Positions 35,706-42,239 of a stretch of DNA of 44,116 nt are shown here, in pieces. The position numbers were made by a program, and so were the translations under genes. The stretch is taken from IMG/VR virus record IMGVR_UViG_3300045988_010956; one strand, given 5' to 3'. Under the pieces are notes generated by a model. The model was not told the DNA's origin and did no database searches. It was given only the letters and a program-made list of their open reading frames with translations. The stretch comes from a virus. Numbering within the stretch: position 1 is the stretch's first letter; each line of letters starts with the position of its first letter.

Positions 35706-36347
35706 TCACTGGAATAACTGGATGTTCTGAGCGATCGCCGCCTGTCTTTCGGACGGGTCTTTGATTGCTTCGATATCTTTCTTTGTCATGTTTCCCGGTG
35801 TCTGCTGATGTCCAATCCGCGCTGTTGCAAATCTCGCCTGTTGCTGCTGGGCCTGCTGCTGACTTTCATCTACAAATGTATCAGGTTCATCCTGTTTCAT
35901 CTGTTCAAGCAGATCATTAAGTCCAAGAATCTTTCCGTCCTTAAGCTTAAGACCAGCTGATTTGATATCAGCGGTAACAGATCTTTTAGCTGCTGGAGAT
36001 GAAAAATTAACATTTTCCAATGCAGTTTTAAGAGCATCGTCAAAATCTCTTTCGTAGATCTTCGCATTGAATTCTTTCTCTGCGTCCTCCGCTTTTTTCT
36101 TCCATCCAGCAAGCTCTGTCTGAATGTTCGCCGGGTCGATACCGTCAAAACCTTTCAGAGTCTCTTCTGCTGTCTCGGCACGTTCTTTCCAGTCATCACG
36201 TTCTCCCTCGACTTTTGACAGAGTTTTCGCTACTTCTTTGGCATTTTTATAATGCTCAGAGAGCGCTTTCTTGATATCTGCCTGCTTGTCTTCCGGGATT
36301 TCAATTCCAAATGATTTTAATGTGTCAATAAGTTTCTGCATATACAT
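35706..36347 (-). CDS. Scaffolding protein (DUF4355-like)
   Basis: 213 aa; highly charged coiled coil; starts MQKLIDTLKSFGIEIPEDKQADIKKALSEHY. Confidence 0.75.
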   Translation of the reverse strand: MYMQKLIDTLKSFGIEIPEDKQADIKKALSEHYKNAKEVAKTLSKVEGERDDWKERAETAEETLKGFDGIDPANIQTELAGWKKKAEDAEKEFNAKIYERDFDDALKTALENVNFSSPAAKRSVTADIKSAGLKLKDGKILGLNDLLEQMKQDEPDTFVDESQQQAQQQQARFATARIGHQQTPGNMTKKDIEAIKDPSERQAAIAQNIQLFQ

Positions 36348-36419
36348 CCTCCTGGTCGTGTTTATTGACCTGCCGCCGCAGGTAAATGGATTAAGCCAGT
36401 TAGACCACTGGCAGGGTAA

Positions 36420-36492
36420 CTGGAATAACAGGAATCGAACCTGTGACGCTCTGATTAACAGTCAGATGCTCTACCAACTGAGCTATATCCCA
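36420..36492 (-). tRNA. tRNA-Asn (anticodon GUU)
   Basis: Manual cloverleaf fold. Acceptor UGGGAUA/UAUUCCA (one G-U pair). D arm GCUC-AGUUGGUA-GAGC. Anticodon arm UCUGA-CUGUUAA-UCAGA. T arm ACAGG-UUCGAUU-CCUGU. U1:A72 and discriminator G73, as in bacterial tRNA-Asn. No encoded CCA. Confidence 0.9.
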
Positions 36493-36823
36493 TTAACCCG
36501 GATTCCCGGGTTAGCAAGGTATTTTACGTGCTATGCCTAAACACGAGACGTTTCGGGCTACGTCAACACCGCCTATACGGTCGCGCACCTCTGCACGGGT
36601 TGGATTCCACTGTTCAGTTATACGCTCTCACAAGGAGGTATGCCGCCATGCACTAGCGACAATGGTACGTGCCGGAAATTGCATCCGCTTTTCAACCTCA
36701 TGCATCTTGTGTTGTCCAAACACTGCATTTTCTATTAAGGACACGCACCCAAGAAAGGAGGAGTCAATGAAAAATGTCTATGTCAAGTGGTTGCAGCCAC
36801 TTACAAATCTTCCTTATAAATAC
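36493..36823 (-). ncRNA. Candidate structured leader/ncRNA co-transcribed with tRNA-Asn
   Basis: About 330 nt with no credible ORF, between promoter-like element B and the tRNA. It has a local GC spike and hairpins at 36785..36802, 36547..36564 and 36495..36512. Confidence 0.35.
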
Positions 36824-36862
36824 ATTTTACCACAGAACCTTCCAAAAGTTGTGGTACATGTT
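36824..36862 (-). promoter_or_regulatory. Late-promoter-like element B: AACATGTACCACAACTTTT - 11 nt - TGG - TAAAAT
   Basis: Core at 36844..36862; -10 at 36829..36824; same geometry as elements A and C. Confidence 0.6.
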
Positions 36863-36870
36863 TTAGCTAA

Positions 36871-37425
36871 TTAGAGCATATCCCGGAGTTTTTCCACGTA
36901 TCTTTTAACAAGATCGCGTTCCTCCCGGCACTCTGCGTCCTTGGACATATCACTCATTTCTGTAGTAAGCTCGTCAAGATGTTCTTCCAGAGCGGCAAGC
37001 ATCTTTCTTTTACAGTCTTCAGACTTGCCGGAACGATAGCTTTGCTTCTGCGTCATGTAATCGTCATAAGCATCCCGTCCATCAGAGCGACTGTAATGCC
37101 CTCTGACATAATGTTCACCACGTCTGGCATAAGAATTGCCCCTGTCGTAATCTGGCATCATTCTGCCATCATTTGCGCTGTATCTCCCCATGCTGTCACG
37201 TTTTCTTCCACGTTCGCTGTAATCGTCATTGTAGCCACCACGCATCTCATCAAGGACAGCGTTATAGTACTCCACTTTCTTATCCCAGTACTGTGTGTTC
37301 TTGATATCTTTGTACATATCAATCAGTTTGTATGTCACTTCCAGAGTTCCAGTGGTTAATCCATTATCAGCGATTTTGGACAGTTCGTCTTCGATTCTTG
37401 CGCATAAGTCTTTAATATCTCTCAT
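36871..37425 (-). CDS. Hypothetical protein with an R/D/Y/G-rich low-complexity centre
   Basis: The start MRDIKDLCARIEDEL has RBS GGAGG. The centre is RGGYNDDYSERGRKRDSMGRYSANDGRMMPDYDRGNSYARRGEHYVRGHYSRSDGRDAYDDY, flanked by helical ends. Confidence 0.65.
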   Translation of the reverse strand: MRDIKDLCARIEDELSKIADNGLTTGTLEVTYKLIDMYKDIKNTQYWDKKVEYYNAVLDEMRGGYNDDYSERGRKRDSMGRYSANDGRMMPDYDRGNSYARRGEHYVRGHYSRSDGRDAYDDYMTQKQSYRSGKSEDCKRKMLAALEEHLDELTTEMSDMSKDAECREERDLVKRYVEKLRDML

Positions 37426-37436
37426 AATCATACCTC

Positions 37437-37859
37437 CTACGCTTCTCTGGTTACGACAATATTTGCGTTCGCAACAGAAACAGCCTGATCGCTTGTGTTC
37501 TCTACTGCAATATTAACGCAACATCCGCGAGGTACATCAATATAAATACCAGAGGATACATTGTTGTACTGATCTACTGCCGCCGGTGTGGAAATCATCT
37601 GAGAAGAAAGAACCGGTTCACCAGAGATTGCAATAGCCAGGGAAATGGCTCCGACAGTACCGCCTGTTGGAATTGCGATATTGCCAGAGAAATCCACGAA
37701 GAATCTTGCTTTGCACTGATTTGTCAGTCCTCTCAGCGTAATAATTCCGCTTCCCTCTCTGTGCTGAATACAGTTAGAACCTTTAACTGCTGTATTTGAA
37801 AATACTACGTTTCCATTTGCTGCTACAGTCTGAGCAGCCACATTTGTAAATTCTGCCAT
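37437..37859 (-). CDS. TNF/C1q-like jelly-roll protein resembling exosporium BclA-C-terminal/BxpB-type domains (tentative)
   Basis: 140 aa. The strand pattern ...VVFSNTAVKGSN...GIITLRG...ARFFVDFSGNIA...ISLAIAISGEPV...IAVENTSDQAVSVANANIVVTREA resembles those domains. RBS AAAGGAG. Confidence 0.4.
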   Translation of the reverse strand: MAEFTNVAAQTVAANGNVVFSNTAVKGSNCIQHREGSGIITLRGLTNQCKARFFVDFSGNIAIPTGGTVGAISLAIAISGEPVLSSQMISTPAAVDQYNNVSSGIYIDVPRGCCVNIAVENTSDQAVSVANANIVVTREA

Positions 37860-37881
37860 AAAAATACTCCTTTCATATCAC

Positions 37882-37906
37882 AAAAGGACAGGTTTCAGCC
37901 TGCCCC
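37882..37906 (-). terminator. Rho-independent terminator inside the cargo island
   Basis: Minus-strand RNA GGGGCAGG-CUGAAA-CCUGUCC followed by UUUUGUG. Confidence 0.55.
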
Positions 37907-37970
37907 TCTGTGTAATACGGCATAAGCCGACATCCGAAATCAATCGAAAGATACTCTCGATATGAAGTTA

Positions 37971-38747
37971 TCAGCAATTGCATCCGGTGTTACATCCACA
38001 TCCGTAATATGTGTTCGGGTTAGGAACCTGATATGCCGGGATCGGTGCCGGATTGATTGCATTGATTAATCGCTGCGCCTGTGCATTCATTTCAGTTGTA
38101 ATCAGTGCGGACTGGCGATCCTGAGATGCAGCACGCTTCAGATCAGAATTTTCTGCTTGTAATGTTGCAATCTTGTCCTGAGTCAGGAAGTCAAGAATGG
38201 CGCGAGTATTGTTGTTCTGATTTTCCAGAATATCTCTGGTGTTGTTGTTCATTGTGTTCTGAAGAGCACAAGTGCTGGTAGCTAAATTGTAGTTGATGCC
38301 CTGTATAGCTTCTCTTGTTTCACAGCAACACTGAGCTAACTGAGACTGCAATGCGTTTGTGTTCTGCATATTAGCCACTGTATCAGCGTTAATAGCCTGA
38401 TGAATGCCAAAGCCAGTCTGCATGATGTTGGTGTTAATTCCGTTAAAACCGGTAAGCATACCGTTGTTCACTGCGTAGAATCCATCACAGAGACCGTTGT
38501 TGATTCCGTCAAGCTTGCTGATTACTGCGGAATTGTCAAATCCTCTCTGAATATCTGCCTGAGTAGCTGCTGTAGCTGTGTATCCACCGCCGTTGCCGTT
38601 ATTGCCCCAGCCATTGTTTCCCCATCCGCAGAGTGTGAAGATAAATAAAAAGATAAGCGGCCAAATACCATCTCCGCCAAACATTCCATCATTCCTGTTG
38701 TTCCCAGTTAAAAGAGCAACATCTGATGCTGTTAAATTTCCATCCAT
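37971..38747 (-). CDS. Asn/Gly/Gln/Cys-rich membrane-anchored protein of unknown family
   Basis: 258 aa. TM segment IWPLIFLFIFTLCGWG. Also contains GWGNNGWGNNGNGGG, the tandem repeat NNNTRDILEN/NNNTRAILDF, CCC at mid-protein and the C-terminus YYGCGCNTGCNC. RBS AAGGAG. Confidence 0.7.
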   Translation of the reverse strand: MDGNLTASDVALLTGNNRNDGMFGGDGIWPLIFLFIFTLCGWGNNGWGNNGNGGGYTATAATQADIQRGFDNSAVISKLDGINNGLCDGFYAVNNGMLTGFNGINTNIMQTGFGIHQAINADTVANMQNTNALQSQLAQCCCETREAIQGINYNLATSTCALQNTMNNNTRDILENQNNNTRAILDFLTQDKIATLQAENSDLKRAASQDRQSALITTEMNAQAQRLINAINPAPIPAYQVPNPNTYYGCGCNTGCNC

Positions 38748-38777
38748 AGTTATAATCTCCTTTTTGTGTATTTACAT

Positions 38778-38793
38778 CAATCTGGCCAGATTG
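38778..38793. promoter_or_regulatory. Perfect 16-bp palindrome CAATCTGGCCAGATTG upstream of the Asn-rich gene
   Basis: Seen directly in the sequence, in the 53-nt intergenic spacer. Confidence 0.4.
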
Positions 38794-38800
38794 TAATGTA

Positions 38801-39022
38801 CTATTTCATATTCTTCAGCAGATTCTGAAACTGTCTTGCCATCTGTTGGACCTGATTAAGCTGTTGCTGAGAAATCTGTCCAGACTGTAATATTTTCTCA
38901 ACTTCTGCTTTCGGGTCTCCCTTAAAATTCTGTTTAAACTGCATAAACTGTTGTATCATCTGCATTGGTCCGTTCCCCTGTGGCATCCCACCACCGAGGG
39001 CATTAAATAATGAATTACTCAT
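38801..39022 (-). CDS. Gln-rich small protein
   Basis: MSNSLFNALGGGMPQGNGPMQMIQQFMQFKQNF...QQLNQVQQMARQFQNLLKNMK. RBS GGAGG, 8 nt before the ATG at 39022. Confidence 0.6.
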   Translation of the reverse strand: MSNSLFNALGGGMPQGNGPMQMIQQFMQFKQNFKGDPKAEVEKILQSGQISQQQLNQVQQMARQFQNLLKNMK

Positions 39023-39485
39023 TTGCATTTCCTCCATTGACTGCTGATTCCTGTACGGTATTAGCTCTAACAGGTTCAGAAAAAGAATTTAATCGGTTTA
39101 TGATAGCTTCGTATTTGCCCTTTAAATCGTCATATTCATGTCTAGTGACGTATTTACTGTCCATGTTCTGAACAGGCTGTTTAGGCGGCATCTGAGTGCC
39201 TACCTCGTGGTATTCAAATGTCCGCAGTGGCTGTGGCATGCCGGAAACATCTGTGGATTTTATGTAGAACTTTTCACTTTCACTATCCATCAGCAAAACG
39301 CTCGTCCCGGGTGCTACCAGATAGGATTTCGCGCCGACTTCGCCGGATACCCACAGAATACCGCTATTATTTTGCTGTGGTTGCTGTACTGGTTGAGTTG
39401 GAATCTGGACAGGCTGTTGCTGGAACTGATTCATCTGTCCCGGAACGCCAAAACTATATTGATAAGGATTGTTATATAATGCCAT
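39015..39485 (-). CDS. Gln/Pro-rich N-terminus plus small beta-rich core, unknown family
   Basis: The start MALYNNPYQYSFGVPGQMNQFQQQPVQIPTQPVQQPQQNN has RBS AAAGGTGG. The core is ILWVSGEVGAKSYLVAPGTSVLLMDSESEKFYIKSTD. Confidence 0.6.
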   Translation of the reverse strand: MALYNNPYQYSFGVPGQMNQFQQQPVQIPTQPVQQPQQNNSGILWVSGEVGAKSYLVAPGTSVLLMDSESEKFYIKSTDVSGMPQPLRTFEYHEVGTQMPPKQPVQNMDSKYVTRHEYDDLKGKYEAIINRLNSFSEPVRANTVQESAVNGGNANE

Positions 39486-39519
39486 CTTATGCACCACCTT
39501 TCTGATTATATTTTTGCAT

Positions 39520-39553
39520 AAAAAAAGAACCGGAAACAGGTCGTTTCTGGCTC
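39520..39553 (-). terminator. Rho-independent terminator after the small HTH gene
   Basis: Minus-strand RNA GAGCCAGAAACG-ACC-UGUUUCCGGUUC followed by UUUUUUU. Confidence 0.65.
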
Positions 39554-39573
39554 TAATTAGTATCCAAAAAGTA

Positions 39574-39774
39574 TCAGCACACTTTGATTATTTTATTATT
39601 TACCCGGCGACTCAACCGTTTCGCCGTGGATATGCTCACGTTCATCTGTTCAGCGCAGTATTCAAGCGTGTGTTCCTGACATCTCAGCCGGAACAATCTT
39701 TCTTCATCCGGTGTAAAATTACACTCTGTCAAGAACCTATCTATATCTTTCTTAGTGAATACATATAACTTCAT
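39574..39774 (-). CDS. Small sigma-70 region-4-like HTH protein
   Basis: 66 aa. FTPDEERLFRLRCQEHTLEYCAEQMNVSISTAKRLSRRVNNKI has the layout of a region-4/LuxR-type HTH. Confidence 0.55.
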   Translation of the reverse strand: MKLYVFTKKDIDRFLTECNFTPDEERLFRLRCQEHTLEYCAEQMNVSISTAKRLSRRVNNKIIKVC

Positions 39775-39797
39775 GAGCATACCCCTTATTAATGCAA

Positions 39798-40103
39798 TTA
39801 ACGTTGATTCTGTGCAAGATAATTTGTAAGTTTCTGTTTTGTTTTTTTTAATTCTTCTACATTATTCCCACTAATCTGACTGTCCAGCATGGTTGATAAC
39901 ACTTCCAGAATTAATGAATCACGCTCTGCAATCCTCCGAAGACTTTCATAATCTCGCCTATCATGTTCTTCCAGTGTCTCTACTCGCTTGTTGAGTCGAA
40001 ATGCCGGAGTAATCCACTTAAAGATTACAGCCGCTGCCCCTCCGACAATGGACACCCCTCCGCAAAACGAGAGGAAAATCTGTACAAATTCTGATATGCT
40101 CAT
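39798..40103 (-). CDS. N-terminally membrane-anchored coiled-coil protein
   Basis: 101 aa; TM segment FVQIFLSFCGGVSIVGGAAAVIF; RBS AAAGGAG. Confidence 0.6.
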   Translation of the reverse strand: MSISEFVQIFLSFCGGVSIVGGAAAVIFKWITPAFRLNKRVETLEEHDRRDYESLRRIAERDSLILEVLSTMLDSQISGNNVEELKKTKQKLTNYLAQNQR

Positions 40104-40107
40104 TTAG

Positions 40108-40488
40108 CTACTCCTTTTCCCAGTAATATACCGGGATCTCATTACCGCTATCCCATGTATCGAAATATTTGCCCTCTTGTACTGTCACCACATGACCATC
40201 TATGCAGAGGATATACGTACCTGTCGGATGGTCTGTGCAAAAATCATTGACTGTATAGATATACCGTTCTGACTGCTCAATCAGTTTGCGCCTGTACCCG
40301 TGTTTGTAGAGGTACGCTCCCCAAACGTAATTAGCTGATGGCATATCTGACAGAGCGCATGCCTGTATCATTAATCCGGCAAATACTGTTTCCCAGTCGA
40401 AGCCGGTTGCTTTACATATTGCCCGGACAGCACAATCTCCGACTCGATTCCCAGCAGGATTCGGGTTGTAATACTTCCATCTATCCAT
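40108..40488 (-). CDS. Papain-fold cysteine-peptidase-like protein coupled to the MuF gene
   Basis: 126 aa. YNPNPAGNRVGDCAVRAICKA holds the candidate catalytic Cys, and ILCIDGHVVTV the candidate His. The start overlaps the MuF stop. Confidence 0.45.
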   Translation of the reverse strand: MDRWKYYNPNPAGNRVGDCAVRAICKATGFDWETVFAGLMIQACALSDMPSANYVWGAYLYKHGYRRKLIEQSERYIYTVNDFCTDHPTGTYILCIDGHVVTVQEGKYFDTWDSGNEIPVYYWEKE

Positions 40489-41774
40489 CAGTCAATCCCC
40501 TTTGCTGTTTTATATCTCTTTGCCGCTCCTCTGGCTTTTGCGGCGTTCTGGCGATTCCACTTAGCAATCATGAGCCGGTCTTTCAGTTCCCTCAGATCGT
40601 TCTGCTTGCAGTAAGCCTTGTATGCAGCATTTTGTTTCTGCAAAAGATAAGACTTCCGGTCAAGGTCTTGTTGTAATGCGAATTTCGCCTTTTCGTTCGG
40701 TGCATTGTCAACTCCTGCTTGTAGTCCAAGAACCTCTCTCTTTGTTTTGCGAATTCTCCGCTCATAAGTACGTTGTCGTTGTTCTTTTTCGTACTGTTTA
40801 CCTTTGTTGGCTTTGTCCTGTGCTGATAATCCTGCATAAGGATTCGGCATTCCTTCCACCCAAACTGAAAAATGATGTCTGCAATTTACTCCACATATTC
40901 CATCGGCTTCGCCATAATGACAGTTTTCAATAAAATCTGGATATTGACTTGCTTTTTGTTCCGACATTCTACGATATTCTGGCGTATCTCGTTCCCGAAA
41001 AAACTCCGGCTTGATTTCTTTTAATTTTTCCCAGTCTATGGAAAATACCTGTCCTTGCCATACTTCATGGCTTGGGCGGCTTCCTATATGTGCCGATGTC
41101 AGTACTAGACCGTATCCCATTTCTTTCATTCTTGTCAACTGAATATCGGCACACGCCTGAGCCACGCCAGTTCTAACAGAACGTGCTACTGCTGTTTCAA
41201 TCGTGTCTTTTCTGCCAGATGGATACGTGACAGTAACGCCATCACTCACAACGTTATTAACCGCCTCTTTGATGGCTTGCGTATACCCAACCGCTCCAGT
41301 CATTACATGATTATATGCAAGGTCGCATTGCTCGATATAGAGCCTCTGAGCGGTACTTGCGGTGGTTCGTGTGAAGTTCTTCCACTCGCCCATAGTCGTA
41401 AGCATATTTCGCTCCATGAGCCTTATCATAGCTGGCGACTGTTCTAATGGGACTGGACTGAGTCCTGCCGCCTTATATACCTTATCATCATAGTTCATTG
41501 CAGTGATTCCGGCATCTTCAAACGCTTCAAGAAGTTCCTGCTGTTCACGTTTGGTGTATTTGGATAATTCTGCCAGAATGTCTTCTAATAGTTCACCAGA
41601 TTCTTGTAGTGTTCTGATTCTCCACGCATCGGCGTTGGTCAGGATATAATCCTCACCTCTGCCAATTCTTGCCATCATTCTTGACACGATCTCAGAGATG
41701 ATATACTGATGCAGTTCTTCTGCAATCTGTTCACTGCCCTCTGTTATCCGGCGTAAATATTCTGGACTAAGCAT
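40488..41774 (-). CDS. Minor head / head-morphogenesis protein (SPP1 gp7 / Mu F-like)
   Basis: 428 aa. Contains SAHIGSRPSHEVWQGQVF and CHYGEADGICGVNCRHHF, both typical of the family. The C-terminal tail is a basic coiled coil. Confidence 0.8.
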   Translation of the reverse strand: MLSPEYLRRITEGSEQIAEELHQYIISEIVSRMMARIGRGEDYILTNADAWRIRTLQESGELLEDILAELSKYTKREQQELLEAFEDAGITAMNYDDKVYKAAGLSPVPLEQSPAMIRLMERNMLTTMGEWKNFTRTTASTAQRLYIEQCDLAYNHVMTGAVGYTQAIKEAVNNVVSDGVTVTYPSGRKDTIETAVARSVRTGVAQACADIQLTRMKEMGYGLVLTSAHIGSRPSHEVWQGQVFSIDWEKLKEIKPEFFRERDTPEYRRMSEQKASQYPDFIENCHYGEADGICGVNCRHHFSVWVEGMPNPYAGLSAQDKANKGKQYEKEQRQRTYERRIRKTKREVLGLQAGVDNAPNEKAKFALQQDLDRKSYLLQKQNAAYKAYCKQNDLRELKDRLMIAKWNRQNAAKARGAAKRYKTAKGID

Positions 41775-41813
41775 AGTATATCACCTCTTTCGACAAAAGT
41801 TGTGGTACATGTT
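41775..41813 (-). promoter_or_regulatory. Late-promoter-like element C: AACATGTACCACAACTTTT - 11 nt - TGA - TATACT
   Basis: Core at 41795..41813; -10 at 41780..41775, abutting the MuF ATG. The MuF RBS lies in the spacer. Confidence 0.5.
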
Positions 41814-41940
41814 AGTACTCTTCTCCGGTGATCTGCTTATACTGCTCTGGGGTGATTACACCCTTGTCACAAAACTGTCTGATCTGTTTCTTCGTGTACA
41901 GTTTCAGATTGAAAAATCTCCTGATCTTCTCGAACATCAT
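41812..41940 (-). CDS. XkdX-family small protein (42 aa, below the track cutoff)
   Basis: Own translation: MMFEKIRRFFNLKLYTKKQIRQFCDKGVITPEQYKQITGEEY. The ...ITxEQYKxITGEEY ending is the XkdX signature. ATGA overlap with the upstream stop. Confidence 0.65.
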   Translation of the reverse strand: MMFEKIRRFFNLKLYTKKQIRQFCDKGVITPEQYKQITGEEY

Positions 41941-42239
41941 GCTTCCTCGCTTTCTTCAAGTAATGTGTCTGTCATCAGTGCCGTATACATAACCTGTGCC
42001 TCGATACGATCTTGCTGAGTTGGTTGTTCTTCTGGGAGTTCCGTCTGAATCTTCTCCAGTTCGGCAATTTCTTCGGGCGTCATATCTCTGTAGACCATTC
42101 CCATCACTGGTACTTCACGGGTACGGGTCTCTTCATGTTCCTCGGAGATGAGGTTATTTTCTTCGTCGTACTCGGCTGGAACGGTTACTGTGTAGGATTC
42201 TGTACGGGTTCCTGTTTGTTTGTATTCTGCTATTTTCAT
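41937..42239 (-). CDS. Acidic small protein in the XkdW position
   Basis: 100 aa; translationally coupled on both sides. Confidence 0.5.
   Translation of the reverse strand: MKIAEYKQTGTRTESYTVTVPAEYDEENNLISEEHEETRTREVPVMGMVYRDMTPEEIAELEKIQTELPEEQPTQQDRIEAQVMYTALMTDTLLEESEEA

Noticed and set aside
36493-36823. Identification of the tRNA-adjacent non-coding region as GOLLD or ROOL RNA
   Set aside because: Those RNAs are several hundred nucleotides longer than this gap, and I cannot recognise their conserved motifs by eye. The region is kept only as an unnamed candidate.
36533-36874. 113-aa plus-strand ORF, and a nested 36-aa ORF (36767..36877) preceded by a perfect AAGGAGG
   Set aside because: The composition is Arg/Ser/Cys/His-rich and the ORF runs opposite to every neighbour, through promoter element B. 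The GGAGG is more simply the complement of a pyrimidine tract in the minus-strand leader RNA. I treat the region as non-coding, but the short peptide is not fully excluded.
40488-41774. MuF protein as a polymorphic-toxin carrier with the downstream ORF as immunity protein
   Set aside because: The MuF C-terminus is a basic coiled coil without any recognisable toxin domain. The downstream protein looks like a Cys/His peptidase rather than an immunity protein.
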